Part shown: positions 55,938 to 64,000 of the stretch, piece by piece
Layout of the letters: each line of letters starts with the position of its first letter
How positions within the stretch are numbered: position 1 is the first letter of the stretch
From: an uncultured cyanobacterium
GTDB taxonomy: Bacteria; Cyanobacteriota; Cyanobacteriia; Cyanobacteriales; Geitlerinemataceae
NCBI GenBank assembly: GCA_937899645.1
Contig: CALCCD010000128.1
Coordinates: 21,357 to 85,356 of the forward strand
Reading direction: 5' to 3'
DNA: 64,000 bases
Program-made: the position numbers and the translations under genes
Notes under the pieces: model-generated
Told to the model about the DNA's origin: nothing
Database searches by the model: none
What the model saw: the letters and a program-made list of their open reading frames with translations, nothing else

Positions 55938-56564
55938 GTGACAGCATCAACCATTGCAGCCAACCAAGTCGAACTGAGCGATCTCATCGATCGCCTCGAC
56001 CTCACACGTATCAACGATCTCGACTTTTTCTCTGAGTGGCAAACCGACTTGCCCACTCTCGCCGACCTCGATCGCCAACTCCTCGATCGCGTCCGTGACG
56101 GTTACTTCAATCTCATCGAGTACCCGCCCCTACGAGAAGATGCGATACGGATGGCAATTCTCGATCCGATTCTTTTCATCGCTGGACTCTATCTTCCGCC
56201 CTTTCACATTCGATCGGAAGCGCCGATTTCTCTAGAAATCCCAGATGAAGATCGGTCAATTTCCGGACGCATTGACACCCTAATCTTTCGCGAACACCTG
56301 TGGGTCATGGTCATTGAAGCAAAGCGAGCATCATTGTCGATCGAAGCAGGTTTGGCGCAATTACTAACGTATTTGCTCGCCGCTCCGAATCCAACCAACT
56401 ACGGCTTAATCACATCCGGCGGTGAATTTATTTTTGTGAAATTAGAGCAAGGTACTCGCCCCAAATATGCCACCTCCGACATGTTTGTTATGCGAAATCG
56501 CCGACGCAACGAACTTTATGAGGTACTGCAAATCTTGAAAAAACTTGCCGACCTAACGACCTAG
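55938..56564 (+). CDS. PD-(D/E)xK nuclease-fold protein (type I restriction HsdR N-terminal-like domain)
   Basis: REDAIRMAILDPILFIAGL ... GRIDTLIFREHLWVMVIEAKR gives a D ... E-x-K arrangement typical of the HSDR_N family. GTG start. AT-richer than the flanks. Confidence 0.7.
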   Translation: MTASTIAANQVELSDLIDRLDLTRINDLDFFSEWQTDLPTLADLDRQLLDRVRDGYFNLIEYPPLREDAIRMAILDPILFIAGLYLPPFHIRSEAPISLEIPDEDRSISGRIDTLIFREHLWVMVIEAKRASLSIEAGLAQLLTYLLAAPNPTNYGLITSGGEFIFVKLEQGTRPKYATSDMFVMRNRRRNELYEVLQILKKLADLTT

Positions 56565-56599
56565 CCCTAACCAAGCGCAGACTCAACCGAGAACCAATC

Positions 56600-57928
56600 A
56601 TGAGCACTCCTCTCGTCGCCCTCCAAAAACCCATCGATATTTCCCTCCAGGAAATCGAAACCGAGCTGGGTAAAATCTGGCTCGGCCAGTCCATCAGCCA
56701 GGGCTCTCCGATCGCCAGCCGCGCCACGACCTTCACGATGGTGATCTACGAGCCCGAAGAATTCCAGCAGCTCCTCGGCGGGCTGGGGTTCTACGATGGC
56801 CCGATCGATGGCATCCACGGCCCCAAGACCCGCAGCGCGATCGAGTCCGCGCAGAAAAGCTACGGTCTCGCCACGACCGGGCGCGTCGATAACGACACCC
56901 TGGCGCGGCTGCGCGAAGAGTTCGCCAAGCAGCCTGGAGATCGCCAGATTGTTGAAAACCTCAACGCGCGTGGCTACAGCCTCAGCGATGCGATCGCCGA
57001 TCGCAACCCGTCGCGGATTATTACGTTGTGTCCGACCCTTGGTGAAGACACTGGCGTGACGGCGCAGGTCTCAGCCTACTGTCCCGTCCAGAAGAAAAGC
57101 GACCGGCTCACCTGCTGCGAATACATCACGCTCCGGGGTACGAAAGCGGCACTCGATCGTGTCGGCTCTGTGGTCACGTCGCTGCTGCTGCCGAACCTGC
57201 CGACCTTTTTGTGGTGGAAAGCGACGCCCAATCCCGAGCAGGCGCTATTCCAAACCCTGAGCGAGGTATGTAGCTGCGTAATCGTCGATTCGGGCTACTT
57301 CAGCGACCCCGATCGCGAGCTGCTGAAGATGCAGGAGTCGATCGAGAAAGAGATCTATGTTGCCGACCTGAACTGGCACCGCCTCGCCGCGTGGCAGGAG
57401 CTGGCGGCTGCGGCCTACGATCCGCCGGAGCGCCGCCAGTCCCTGTGCGAACTCGATCGCATCACGATCGACTACGAAAAGGGCAACGACTCCCAGGCAC
57501 TGATGTTCCTGGGCTGGATTGCCAGTCGCCTGGGCTGGGAACCTAAATCCTATAGCTTCGAGGGCGGCGACTACGATATCAAGCACGTGCGCCTGACCTC
57601 ACCCAACGGCAAGGAGATCGAAGCCGAGCTGGCCGGCATCCCCGTGGCAGACATGGGCGAAATCCCCGGAGACCTGGTGGGGCTGCGCCTCGACTCGCAG
57701 AATCCGAATGCCGATTGCTGCACGATTTTGTGTTCGGAGACGACGGGCTGCATGCGGATGGAGTCGGGCGGCAGCGCCCAGTCTTGCCGTACGGAGCAGG
57801 TGACGACGCTGTCGGATCAGAAAGCGGAACTGCTGATGGCGCAACAGCTCCAGCGCTGGGGTCGCGACGTGCTCTACGAGGAAAGTCTGGCGCTGACGGC
57901 GCAGGTTTTGCAGTTGCCGCAGTCGTAG
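56600..57928 (+). CDS. opcA: Glucose-6-phosphate dehydrogenase assembly protein OpcA
   Basis: N-terminal pattern LQEIETELGKIW...ATTFTMVIYEPEE and the C-terminal OpcA region. Contains the LGFYDGPIDGIHGPKT putative peptidoglycan-binding-like insert that I recall in cyanobacterial OpcA. Confidence 0.9.
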   Translation: MSTPLVALQKPIDISLQEIETELGKIWLGQSISQGSPIASRATTFTMVIYEPEEFQQLLGGLGFYDGPIDGIHGPKTRSAIESAQKSYGLATTGRVDNDTLARLREEFAKQPGDRQIVENLNARGYSLSDAIADRNPSRIITLCPTLGEDTGVTAQVSAYCPVQKKSDRLTCCEYITLRGTKAALDRVGSVVTSLLLPNLPTFLWWKATPNPEQALFQTLSEVCSCVIVDSGYFSDPDRELLKMQESIEKEIYVADLNWHRLAAWQELAAAAYDPPERRQSLCELDRITIDYEKGNDSQALMFLGWIASRLGWEPKSYSFEGGDYDIKHVRLTSPNGKEIEAELAGIPVADMGEIPGDLVGLRLDSQNPNADCCTILCSETTGCMRMESGGSAQSCRTEQVTTLSDQKAELLMAQQLQRWGRDVLYEESLALTAQVLQLPQS

Positions 57929-57939
57929 GCGATCGCGGG

Positions 57940-57972
57940 CCGGTGCGATCGGGGAATTGCGGATCGCACCGG
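57940..57972 (+). terminator. Strong hairpin after opcA (possible terminator or stability element; no U-tract)
   Basis: 11-bp perfect stem CCGGTGCGATC (57940-50) / GATCGCACCGG (57962-72) with an 11-nt loop. Confidence 0.35.
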
Positions 57973-58044
57973 CGCTTGCACTAAACTAAATCGAGCGATC
58001 TGTTTGTTAGTCTGCGCCGATCGCGCGTTTCGAGCTTAGCCACT

Positions 58045-59730
58045 ATGCCCCAGTCAAACGAGCCGCCCCGTCGCCTGCATCCTCTCAACCCCGCTGCCCG
58101 CGCGAAAGATCCGGGCTGGCAGCGTCGGCAGTGGCGGCGCTATTTGGATACGACGGTCGATGCGACGATCGATGCGATCGCCCAGCATTTGCAGCCGCCG
58201 ATTCACCCGAACGCCTCTCAGCACCAGTCCGGGCCGCAGCCGCAGCGGAACGGCGGAACGGCGTTGCCCAGCTTGCCGAACGCTCGCCCGAGCGCTGAAG
58301 CGGCTCGTCCCGCGAACCCTTCAGTTTCGGGTTCTGCGTCTTTTAATCCTCCCGTCAATCCTCCGGCTTCAGGCTCGCCCGTTGCTTGGGGTCGCGATCG
58401 CGCGCCGCAGCCGCCTGCCGATCGCCCGGAAACCAGCGCTGAAACGATCGCGCGGCTGACGCCGAAAGAGAGTCTGTTCGATCGCAGCATTACCGAACGC
58501 CGCCGCCAGCGCCGCGCCACCAGCAGCGCGCGCCCCAAACGCCAGACGCCGGTAGCTCCTAAGGCCGCGCCCAAGACTGCGCCAAAAGCCGCGCCCAAGG
58601 CGGCCACGAAGGCGAAGGTGACGCCGCTACGCCGTGCCGCTGCGCCTGCTGCGCCGTCGCCCGCCGGATCGCGATCGCGCCGCAGAGCGCCCCTAAGCCC
58701 GCTGATTTACGGCGCGCGGCTGGCGATCGTCGGCGTCGGCTTGAGCGCGATCGCCGGAACGATGCTGTCGGTGCTCTCGCCTTCGCCCGTGGAAGGTACC
58801 GACCCCGAACGCCCGAACGCCCCCGAGGCGATCGAGCCGCAGGCGCTGCCCGTGTCTTTCCAGCGCACCCAAGAAATCGCCACTCTCAGCGCCCAGATGC
58901 AGGAGCTGGCAGCGCGCTACCCGGACTTTTTGGCAGGCGTGTCGCTGGTGGATGTGGATACCGGCGCGTTTGTGAGTTTGAACGGCGATACGGTACTGGC
59001 TGCGGCGAGCACGATTAAGCTGCCGATCGCGATCGCCTTTTTCCAAGCGATCGATCGCGGCGAGATTCGTCTCGACGAGCGGCTGACGCTCAAGCAAGAG
59101 CACATCTCGATCGGCTCGGGCGCGATGCAGTCCGACACGCCGGGGACGCAGTACACCGCGCTCGATGTCGTCACCCAGACGATTGTAAATAGCGACAATA
59201 CGGCGACGAATATTCTGCTGGAGCGTTTGGGCGGCTTGGATGCGCTGAACGCGCAGTTCCGCAGTTGGGGTATGGCGGACACGGCTTTGAACGCGCCGCT
59301 GCCCGACCTGGAGGGCACGAACGTGGCGTCCCCGGACGACCTGACCTACCTGCTGTCGTCGATCGATCGCGGCGAGCTGATTTCGCTGCGTAGCCGCGAT
59401 CGACTGCTCGATATCCTTCAGGCCACGGAGAACGACAGCCTCCTGCCCCAGGCACTGGGGACGGGCGCGACGATCGCCCACAAGACGGGCAATATCAAGC
59501 ACAGCCTCGGCGACACGGGCTTGATCGATCTGCCCAACGGCAAGCGCTACATCCTCTCGGCAATTGTTAAGCGTCCCGCTGAAGACGATCGCGCCGCCGA
59601 GATTATCCGCCAGGTGTCGCAGCTCGCCCACGACTACTTTTCCGGCGCGAACTACGTCGCGCCCGTCACCGATCCCGACGCCTTGGAAACTCAGCAAGCC
59701 CAGCGCGCCCTCGAGCGTCCGGAGCCCTAA
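58045..59730 (+). CDS. Class A beta-lactamase-related serine hydrolase with a long Pro/Ala-rich N-terminal region and one TM segment
   Basis: SxxK (AASTIKLPIA), SDN (IVNSDNTATN) and KTG (AHKTGN) motifs in the canonical order. Confidence 0.75.
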   Translation: MPQSNEPPRRLHPLNPAARAKDPGWQRRQWRRYLDTTVDATIDAIAQHLQPPIHPNASQHQSGPQPQRNGGTALPSLPNARPSAEAARPANPSVSGSASFNPPVNPPASGSPVAWGRDRAPQPPADRPETSAETIARLTPKESLFDRSITERRRQRRATSSARPKRQTPVAPKAAPKTAPKAAPKAATKAKVTPLRRAAAPAAPSPAGSRSRRRAPLSPLIYGARLAIVGVGLSAIAGTMLSVLSPSPVEGTDPERPNAPEAIEPQALPVSFQRTQEIATLSAQMQELAARYPDFLAGVSLVDVDTGAFVSLNGDTVLAAASTIKLPIAIAFFQAIDRGEIRLDERLTLKQEHISIGSGAMQSDTPGTQYTALDVVTQTIVNSDNTATNILLERLGGLDALNAQFRSWGMADTALNAPLPDLEGTNVASPDDLTYLLSSIDRGELISLRSRDRLLDILQATENDSLLPQALGTGATIAHKTGNIKHSLGDTGLIDLPNGKRYILSAIVKRPAEDDRAAEIIRQVSQLAHDYFSGANYVAPVTDPDALETQQAQRALERPEP

Positions 59731-59769
59731 TTTTCACCTAATTTCTAAAAGCTCAGGGGGGCTAGAACC

Positions 59770-60558
59770 GTGGCAGAGCTGCGCCGCATTACCCTCAGCG
59801 CCGATCGCCGCGATGGCGACTGCTTTCGACTGACGAGCGAAGCGCGCCACTACCTCTGTCGGGTGTTGCGGCTGGTGGCGGGCGATCGCTGCATCGTGGC
59901 GGACGGCGGCGGCGGCGTCTGGGAAACCGAGCTAGTGGGGTCGTCGCCGGATTGTGACGGCGGCGAGCTGGTGGCAACAATCGTCCGGGAACTGCCGGAG
60001 AGCGTCGGCGCAAGCCCCGAGTTGGCGGTTCCGCTGGTGCTGGTGGCGGCAGTGCCGAAGGGCAGCGGCTTTGATGAGGTAGTGCGCCAGGTGACAGAAC
60101 TGGGCGTCACGACAATCGCGCCGGTGACGAGCGATCGCACGGTGCTCGTGCCCAGCCCGAAGCGGGTCGAGCGCTGGCGGCGCATCGCCACCGAAGCCTT
60201 CGAGCAGTGCGAACGGGCGATCGTCCCGCAGGTGCTGACGCCACAGCCGTTTGCCACCTGGTTGCGCGACGGTAATGCGGGCACAGATGTGATTAAAGCG
60301 ATCGCGATCGCGCGTGACGATGCTCCGGCCTTGGGTCAGTACGTCGCGGACGAGCTGGCCAGGGGCGATCGGGCGGGTGTGGCGATCGCGATCGGCCCAG
60401 AAGGCGGCTGGACGCCCGACGAGCGCGAGCTGGCATTTGCAGCGGGCTTTTACGGCGTGTCCCTGGGCGGTCGAGTCCTGCGGGCGGTGACGGCGAGCGT
60501 GGCCGCGACGGCGATCGCTGCTACGGCGATCGAGGCACGCGCCTCGGTGTTTTTTTAG
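59770..60558 (+). CDS. rsmE: 16S rRNA (uracil1498-N3)-methyltransferase
   Basis: RHYLCRVLRLVAGD N-terminal PUA-like motif and IGPEGGWTPDE SPOUT motif. GTG start. Confidence 0.85.
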   Translation: MAELRRITLSADRRDGDCFRLTSEARHYLCRVLRLVAGDRCIVADGGGGVWETELVGSSPDCDGGELVATIVRELPESVGASPELAVPLVLVAAVPKGSGFDEVVRQVTELGVTTIAPVTSDRTVLVPSPKRVERWRRIATEAFEQCERAIVPQVLTPQPFATWLRDGNAGTDVIKAIAIARDDAPALGQYVADELARGDRAGVAIAIGPEGGWTPDERELAFAAGFYGVSLGGRVLRAVTASVAATAIAATAIEARASVFF

Positions 60559-60591
60559 CGATCTGGGCTTTTCGTCGTCGCCGTTATTGCC

Positions 60592-63500
60592 TCAGATCTG
60601 AATCGCCCAATCCTCGGTAACGCGCGTCAGGTTGGGACTGTAACACGGGTCGTTATCGAGCAGCTCGCCCCAACGATCGCGCATGTAATCGACCTCGCTT
60701 TTAAAGCGCATCTGCTTCTCCGGCGTATCTTCCAGGCCGCGACTTTTCGACTCGTAGTGGTACAGCACAACGTGGGGAAGATGCACGTTGCGGTAGCCGC
60801 GTTCGACGATCTTCAGACAAAAGTCCACGTCGTTAAACGCAATCTGCAAGCTGGGCTCCAGACCGCCGACCTCCACGAACACGTCGCGCCGACACATCAA
60901 ACAAGCCGCCGTCACTGCCGAATAGTTATTGACGGTCTTGAGCTGCGCCACGTAGCCGCCCGCGCCGTGGGGGAAAGTTTTGTGGCTATGTCCGGCGACG
61001 CCACCGATGCCGAGAACGACGCCCGCGTGCTGGATGGTTTTGTCGGGGTAGAGCAGTGTCGCGCCCACCGCGCCGATCGACTCGCGCTGCGCCTGTTCCA
61101 CCATTGCCGTCATCCAGTCGCCGTCGATAACTTCGGTGTCGTTGTTGAGCAGCAGCAGGTAGGGGCTGGTGGTTTGGCTGGCGGCGTAGTTGTTGATGCT
61201 GGAGTAGTTGAACGGCGCATCGTAAGTGACGACGCGGAAGCGATCGGGCTCTTTGTCCGTCCAGCGATCGAACAGCTCGCGGGTTTTGGCTTCGACGCTG
61301 CCGTTATCGACCACCAGCACTTCGTAGTCTTCGTAGGTGGTCAGCGTAAAGATCGATCGCAGGCACACCTCTAGCACGTCGGCCAAGTCGCGCGTCGGGA
61401 TGATGACCGTGACGCGACCGGGCTTGACGATCTCGTAGCGGGCGATCCAGTGGCCGGAACCGCTGGGCAGCATCTTGCCGGGTTCGTTGCGGCGATCGAT
61501 CGCTTCTTCGAGAGCTTTGCGCGCGGCGTCGGCGGCGTAGTCTTTGCTGTCGAGGTTTTGGGCGGTGGACTGGGCGTGCGATCGCCAGTGGTACAGCACC
61601 TTTGAGATATGGCCGATCTGGCTTGGGTCGCGAACTTGCTCGGTGAAGCGCAGCACGAAGTCGTAGTCCTGCGCGCCCTCGAATCCGACGCGGAAGCCGC
61701 CGATCGCCTCGACGATCTCGCGACGATAGACCCCGAAGTGGCAGGTATACATCCGCGACAGAAACGAGTCGGGACACCAGCCGGGCTTAAAGAACGGGTC
61801 GAAGCGCCGATCGCGCGCGTCGATTTTGTCCTCGTCGGTGTAGACCATTGCGGCGTCGGGGTGCGCGTTCAGATACGACACCACCTCGTAGAGCGCGTGG
61901 GGCGCGATCGCGTCGTCGTGGTCGAGCAGGGCGATATAGTCTCCGGTCGCCAGATCGAGTGCGGAGTTGGAGGCGCGAGAAATATGGCCGTTCTCCTCAC
62001 GGAACGCCACCGTGATGCGCTTATCGAGGTCGCGGTAACGCTCTAGCACTTCGCGGACGTGGGGCTCGCTGGAGCAATCGTCGGCGAGGCACAGCTCCCA
62101 GTGGGGGTAGGTCTGCGATCGCACGGACTCGATCGCCGCTTCGAGAAAGTCACGGTCGGGATCGTACACCGGCACGACAATGCTGATAGTGGGCTGATAT
62201 TTAAGCTGCTGCCAGTCGCGGCGCATGCGATCGAAGTCGGCAGCGGTGGGTTCGTTTTGCTGTCGCCAACTCTCATAAACGTCGGCGGGCGGCAGGGCGG
62301 ACACCGGCAGATAGTTGGGCGCGACGCCGAGGCGAGCGAGCGCCACCGCAACCGCGTCGGTTTCCATCGGCTTGCCGAGGCGCTGCGCCAGCGGTTCGCG
62401 TAGCTTCAGCCAGCGATCGCGTAGCTTCCAGAACTTGCTGGTGCGCATCGCGCCGATTGTATCGATCGCCACCTGGCGCGTCTGGCTGCCCTCCCACGCG
62501 AGTTTTTCGGCTTCATCGCGCAGACCGTCGCACTCGGTTTCGAGCTGCTCTTTTTCCACCGAGACGCTGTGGAGCTGGGCGTGGGTGGCGGTGAGTTCGG
62601 TGCGCAGGTCGCCAATCTCGACGCGATCGGCGGCGTGTTGCGCTTCGAGGGGCAGGAGCTGCGACTGCGCGGTTTGGAGCTGAAGGTTGGTGCGGTGCAG
62701 GTCGCTGGCGAGGCTATCGAGTTCGGCTTTTTGGCGGGCGAGTTCGGCCTGAAGCTCGTTTCGCTCGCGCTCGAGCTGGGCGGTGTGGTTGCGTTCGGCT
62801 AGCAGCTCGGCGTCTTTGTGCGCGAAGATATCGGCGAAATTGGTGGCATAGAGATCGATATGCTTGGCGCAAAAGTAGTGCATCAAGCGCTGGCGGTTTT
62901 CGGGAATATTGCAGCCAGAGACCATCGAGTCCACGCGCACGCGGTAGTCAAATAGCACCTGCGGCTCGTGGTGGAATTTCCAGCCCTTCGCAGCGGCGGT
63001 CAGCCATAGATCCCAGTCTTCGTAACCGAGGCGATCGGGAATCTGAGTGTCGTAGCCGCCGCAGTCTTTCCACAGCTCGCGGCGAATCACGGCGCAGGCA
63101 TCGATATAGTTGCCGATGCAGAGGCGGTTAATGTCGAACTCGGGGACTTCCAGCGTGCCAGTTTTGTCGCCGATGTAGCGCACGTCGCTGTAGACGACGC
63201 CGATCGCCGGGTTCGCGTCCATGACTTCAATGGCGCGGGTGATGTATTCCGGTTCGATGCGATTATCGGCGTCCAGCGGCAAGATATAGCGTCCGCGTGC
63301 GTTCTCGATGCCAGTGTTGCGCGCCGCCGAGAGGCCACCGTTGACCGGGCGATCGATGACGTTGAGCCCCTTCGAGCGTAGGTAGTTCAACACCTCGATC
63401 GTCATTGGATCGGTGGAGACATCGTTGACGATAACGATCTCGTAGTGGCGTTCCGGGTCGCTGTCGCCAGAGTCGCTGTCGTCTGAGCCGCCGAAGCCGC

Positions 63501-64000
63501 CAGAGCCGCCGAAGCCGCTGAGGTCGTCAAACTGGGGGCAGCGCTGAACGCTGGCGATCGCCTCCAGGATAAATTCGCCCTGGTTGTAGCAGGGAATCAC
63601 GACCGAAACGGCGGGCGTGGTGGCGGCGGTGTTTTTGGAAGCGACCGGCGCGAGACTGGCGGTGTCAGGCGCGATCGCGGGAAACTGACAGGCGGACACC
63701 AGGTCGATCGAGCGGTGGGGCGGACGGGCGAGCGAGCGATGCCAATCGTCGGCGCGGGCGCTGGGCAGGTCGGCGGCGCGCTCCAGGTCGCCGAGCCAGC
63801 GCAGGTGCTGCGGCGTGCGGTGGTGGACGCTGGCGATCAGCGGATGCGTATCGCTGAGGCTTCCGAACAGCTCGGGGCGGTAGAGTTCGGCAACGCGATC
63901 GGCGGTGAGGGTTGCGGGTACGTCGAGACCGAGCTTGTCGGCGAGGAGCTGCGAGAAGGCTTCGGGGCGATCGAGAACGGCGCGGGTGCTGACGAGCAGG
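60592..64000 (-). CDS. Giant multi-domain glycosyltransferase (three GT2 modules with a central coiled coil); probably extends beyond the window
   Basis: GT2 motifs VSVVIPCYNQ...LDADN, ISIVVPVYD...LLDHDD, VTVIIPTRD...LLLNNDT. The track start is the GTG at 63699. The same frame stays open with coding-like composition to position 64000. Confidence 0.8.
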   Translation of the reverse strand, partial: LLVSTRAVLDRPEAFSQLLADKLGLDVPATLTADRVAELYRPELFGSLSDTHPLIASVHHRTPQHLRWLGDLERAADLPSARADDWHRSLARPPHRSIDLVSACQFPAIAPDTASLAPVASKNTAATTPAVSVVIPCYNQGEFILEAIASVQRCPQFDDLSGFGGSGGFGGSDDSDSGDSDPERHYEIVIVNDVSTDPMTIEVLNYLRSKGLNVIDRPVNGGLSAARNTGIENARGRYILPLDADNRIEPEYITRAIEVMDANPAIGVVYSDVRYIGDKTGTLEVPEFDINRLCIGNYIDACAVIRRELWKDCGGYDTQIPDRLGYEDWDLWLTAAAKGWKFHHEPQVLFDYRVRVDSMVSGCNIPENRQRLMHYFCAKHIDLYATNFADIFAHKDAELLAERNHTAQLERERNELQAELARQKAELDSLASDLHRTNLQLQTAQSQLLPLEAQHAADRVEIGDLRTELTATHAQLHSVSVEKEQLETECDGLRDEAEKLAWEGSQTRQVAIDTIGAMRTSKFWKLRDRWLKLREPLAQRLGKPMETDAVAVALARLGVAPNYLPVSALPPADVYESWRQQNEPTAADFDRMRRDWQQLKYQPTISIVVPVYDPDRDFLEAAIESVRSQTYPHWELCLADDCSSEPHVREVLERYRDLDKRITVAFREENGHISRASNSALDLATGDYIALLDHDDAIAPHALYEVVSYLNAHPDAAMVYTDEDKIDARDRRFDPFFKPGWCPDSFLSRMYTCHFGVYRREIVEAIGGFRVGFEGAQDYDFVLRFTEQVRDPSQIGHISKVLYHWRSHAQSTAQNLDSKDYAADAARKALEEAIDRRNEPGKMLPSGSGHWIARYEIVKPGRVTVIIPTRDLADVLEVCLRSIFTLTTYEDYEVLVVDNGSVEAKTRELFDRWTDKEPDRFRVVTYDAPFNYSSINNYAASQTTSPYLLLLNNDTEVIDGDWMTAMVEQAQRESIGAVGATLLYPDKTIQHAGVVLGIGGVAGHSHKTFPHGAGGYVAQLKTVNNYSAVTAACLMCRRDVFVEVGGLEPSLQIAFNDVDFCLKIVERGYRNVHLPHVVLYHYESKSRGLEDTPEKQMRFKSEVDYMRDRWGELLDNDPCYSPNLTRVTEDWAIQI

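Noticed and set aside
56760-56900. A peptidoglycan-binding-like motif (LGFYDGPIDGIHGPKTRSAIESAQKSYGL) inside cytoplasmic OpcA as an anomaly.
   Set aside because: As far as I recall, this insert is a regular feature of cyanobacterial OpcA proteins, so it is not specific to this locus.

Overview
GC-rich cyanobacterial chromosomal segment. The HIP1 octamer GCGATCGC is scattered through almost every gene, and the window carries psbU, ccmP, crtH, zwf/opcA and a Tic20-like gene. I support about 50 protein genes and one tRNA-Ala(CGC). I saw no rRNA, CRISPR array, transposase or integrase. Most content is housekeeping (queC, argF, def, rsmE, rfbD, hup), envelope and glycosyltransferase genes, or signalling genes (two large GAF histidine kinases, an FHA-adenylate cyclase, an isolated cheA-cheB pair). 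Many track ORFs are antisense or overlapping artefacts of the high GC, and several real genes needed their starts trimmed. Four parts look accessory or unexplained. (1) A 1.8 kb visibly AT-richer, HIP1-free islet splits the normally adjacent zwf and opcA. It holds a gene pair that reads as one TBP-like (RNase HIII N-domain-like) + HEPN-like (RNxxxH) protein broken at an A6 tract, a PD-(D/E)xK nuclease-fold gene, a palindromic mini-element, and a 160-nt nested inverted repeat with mutually exclusive pairings. This is my best candidate for an undescribed defence or toxin module. (2) An AT-richer block at 49.8-51.9 kb carries an RHH-PIN-antitoxin-tail fusion gene that directly abuts a canonical vapC. 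(3) A noncoding element of about 190 nt occurs twice, at 3.6 kb and 27.9 kb in opposite orientation, inside two unusually long ORF-free spacers. (4) Two paralogous secreted proteins share an uncharacterised lysozyme-like C-terminal domain and sit behind roughly 0.5 kb leaders. All domain calls come from motif recognition by eye. No searches or numeric composition calculations were run.
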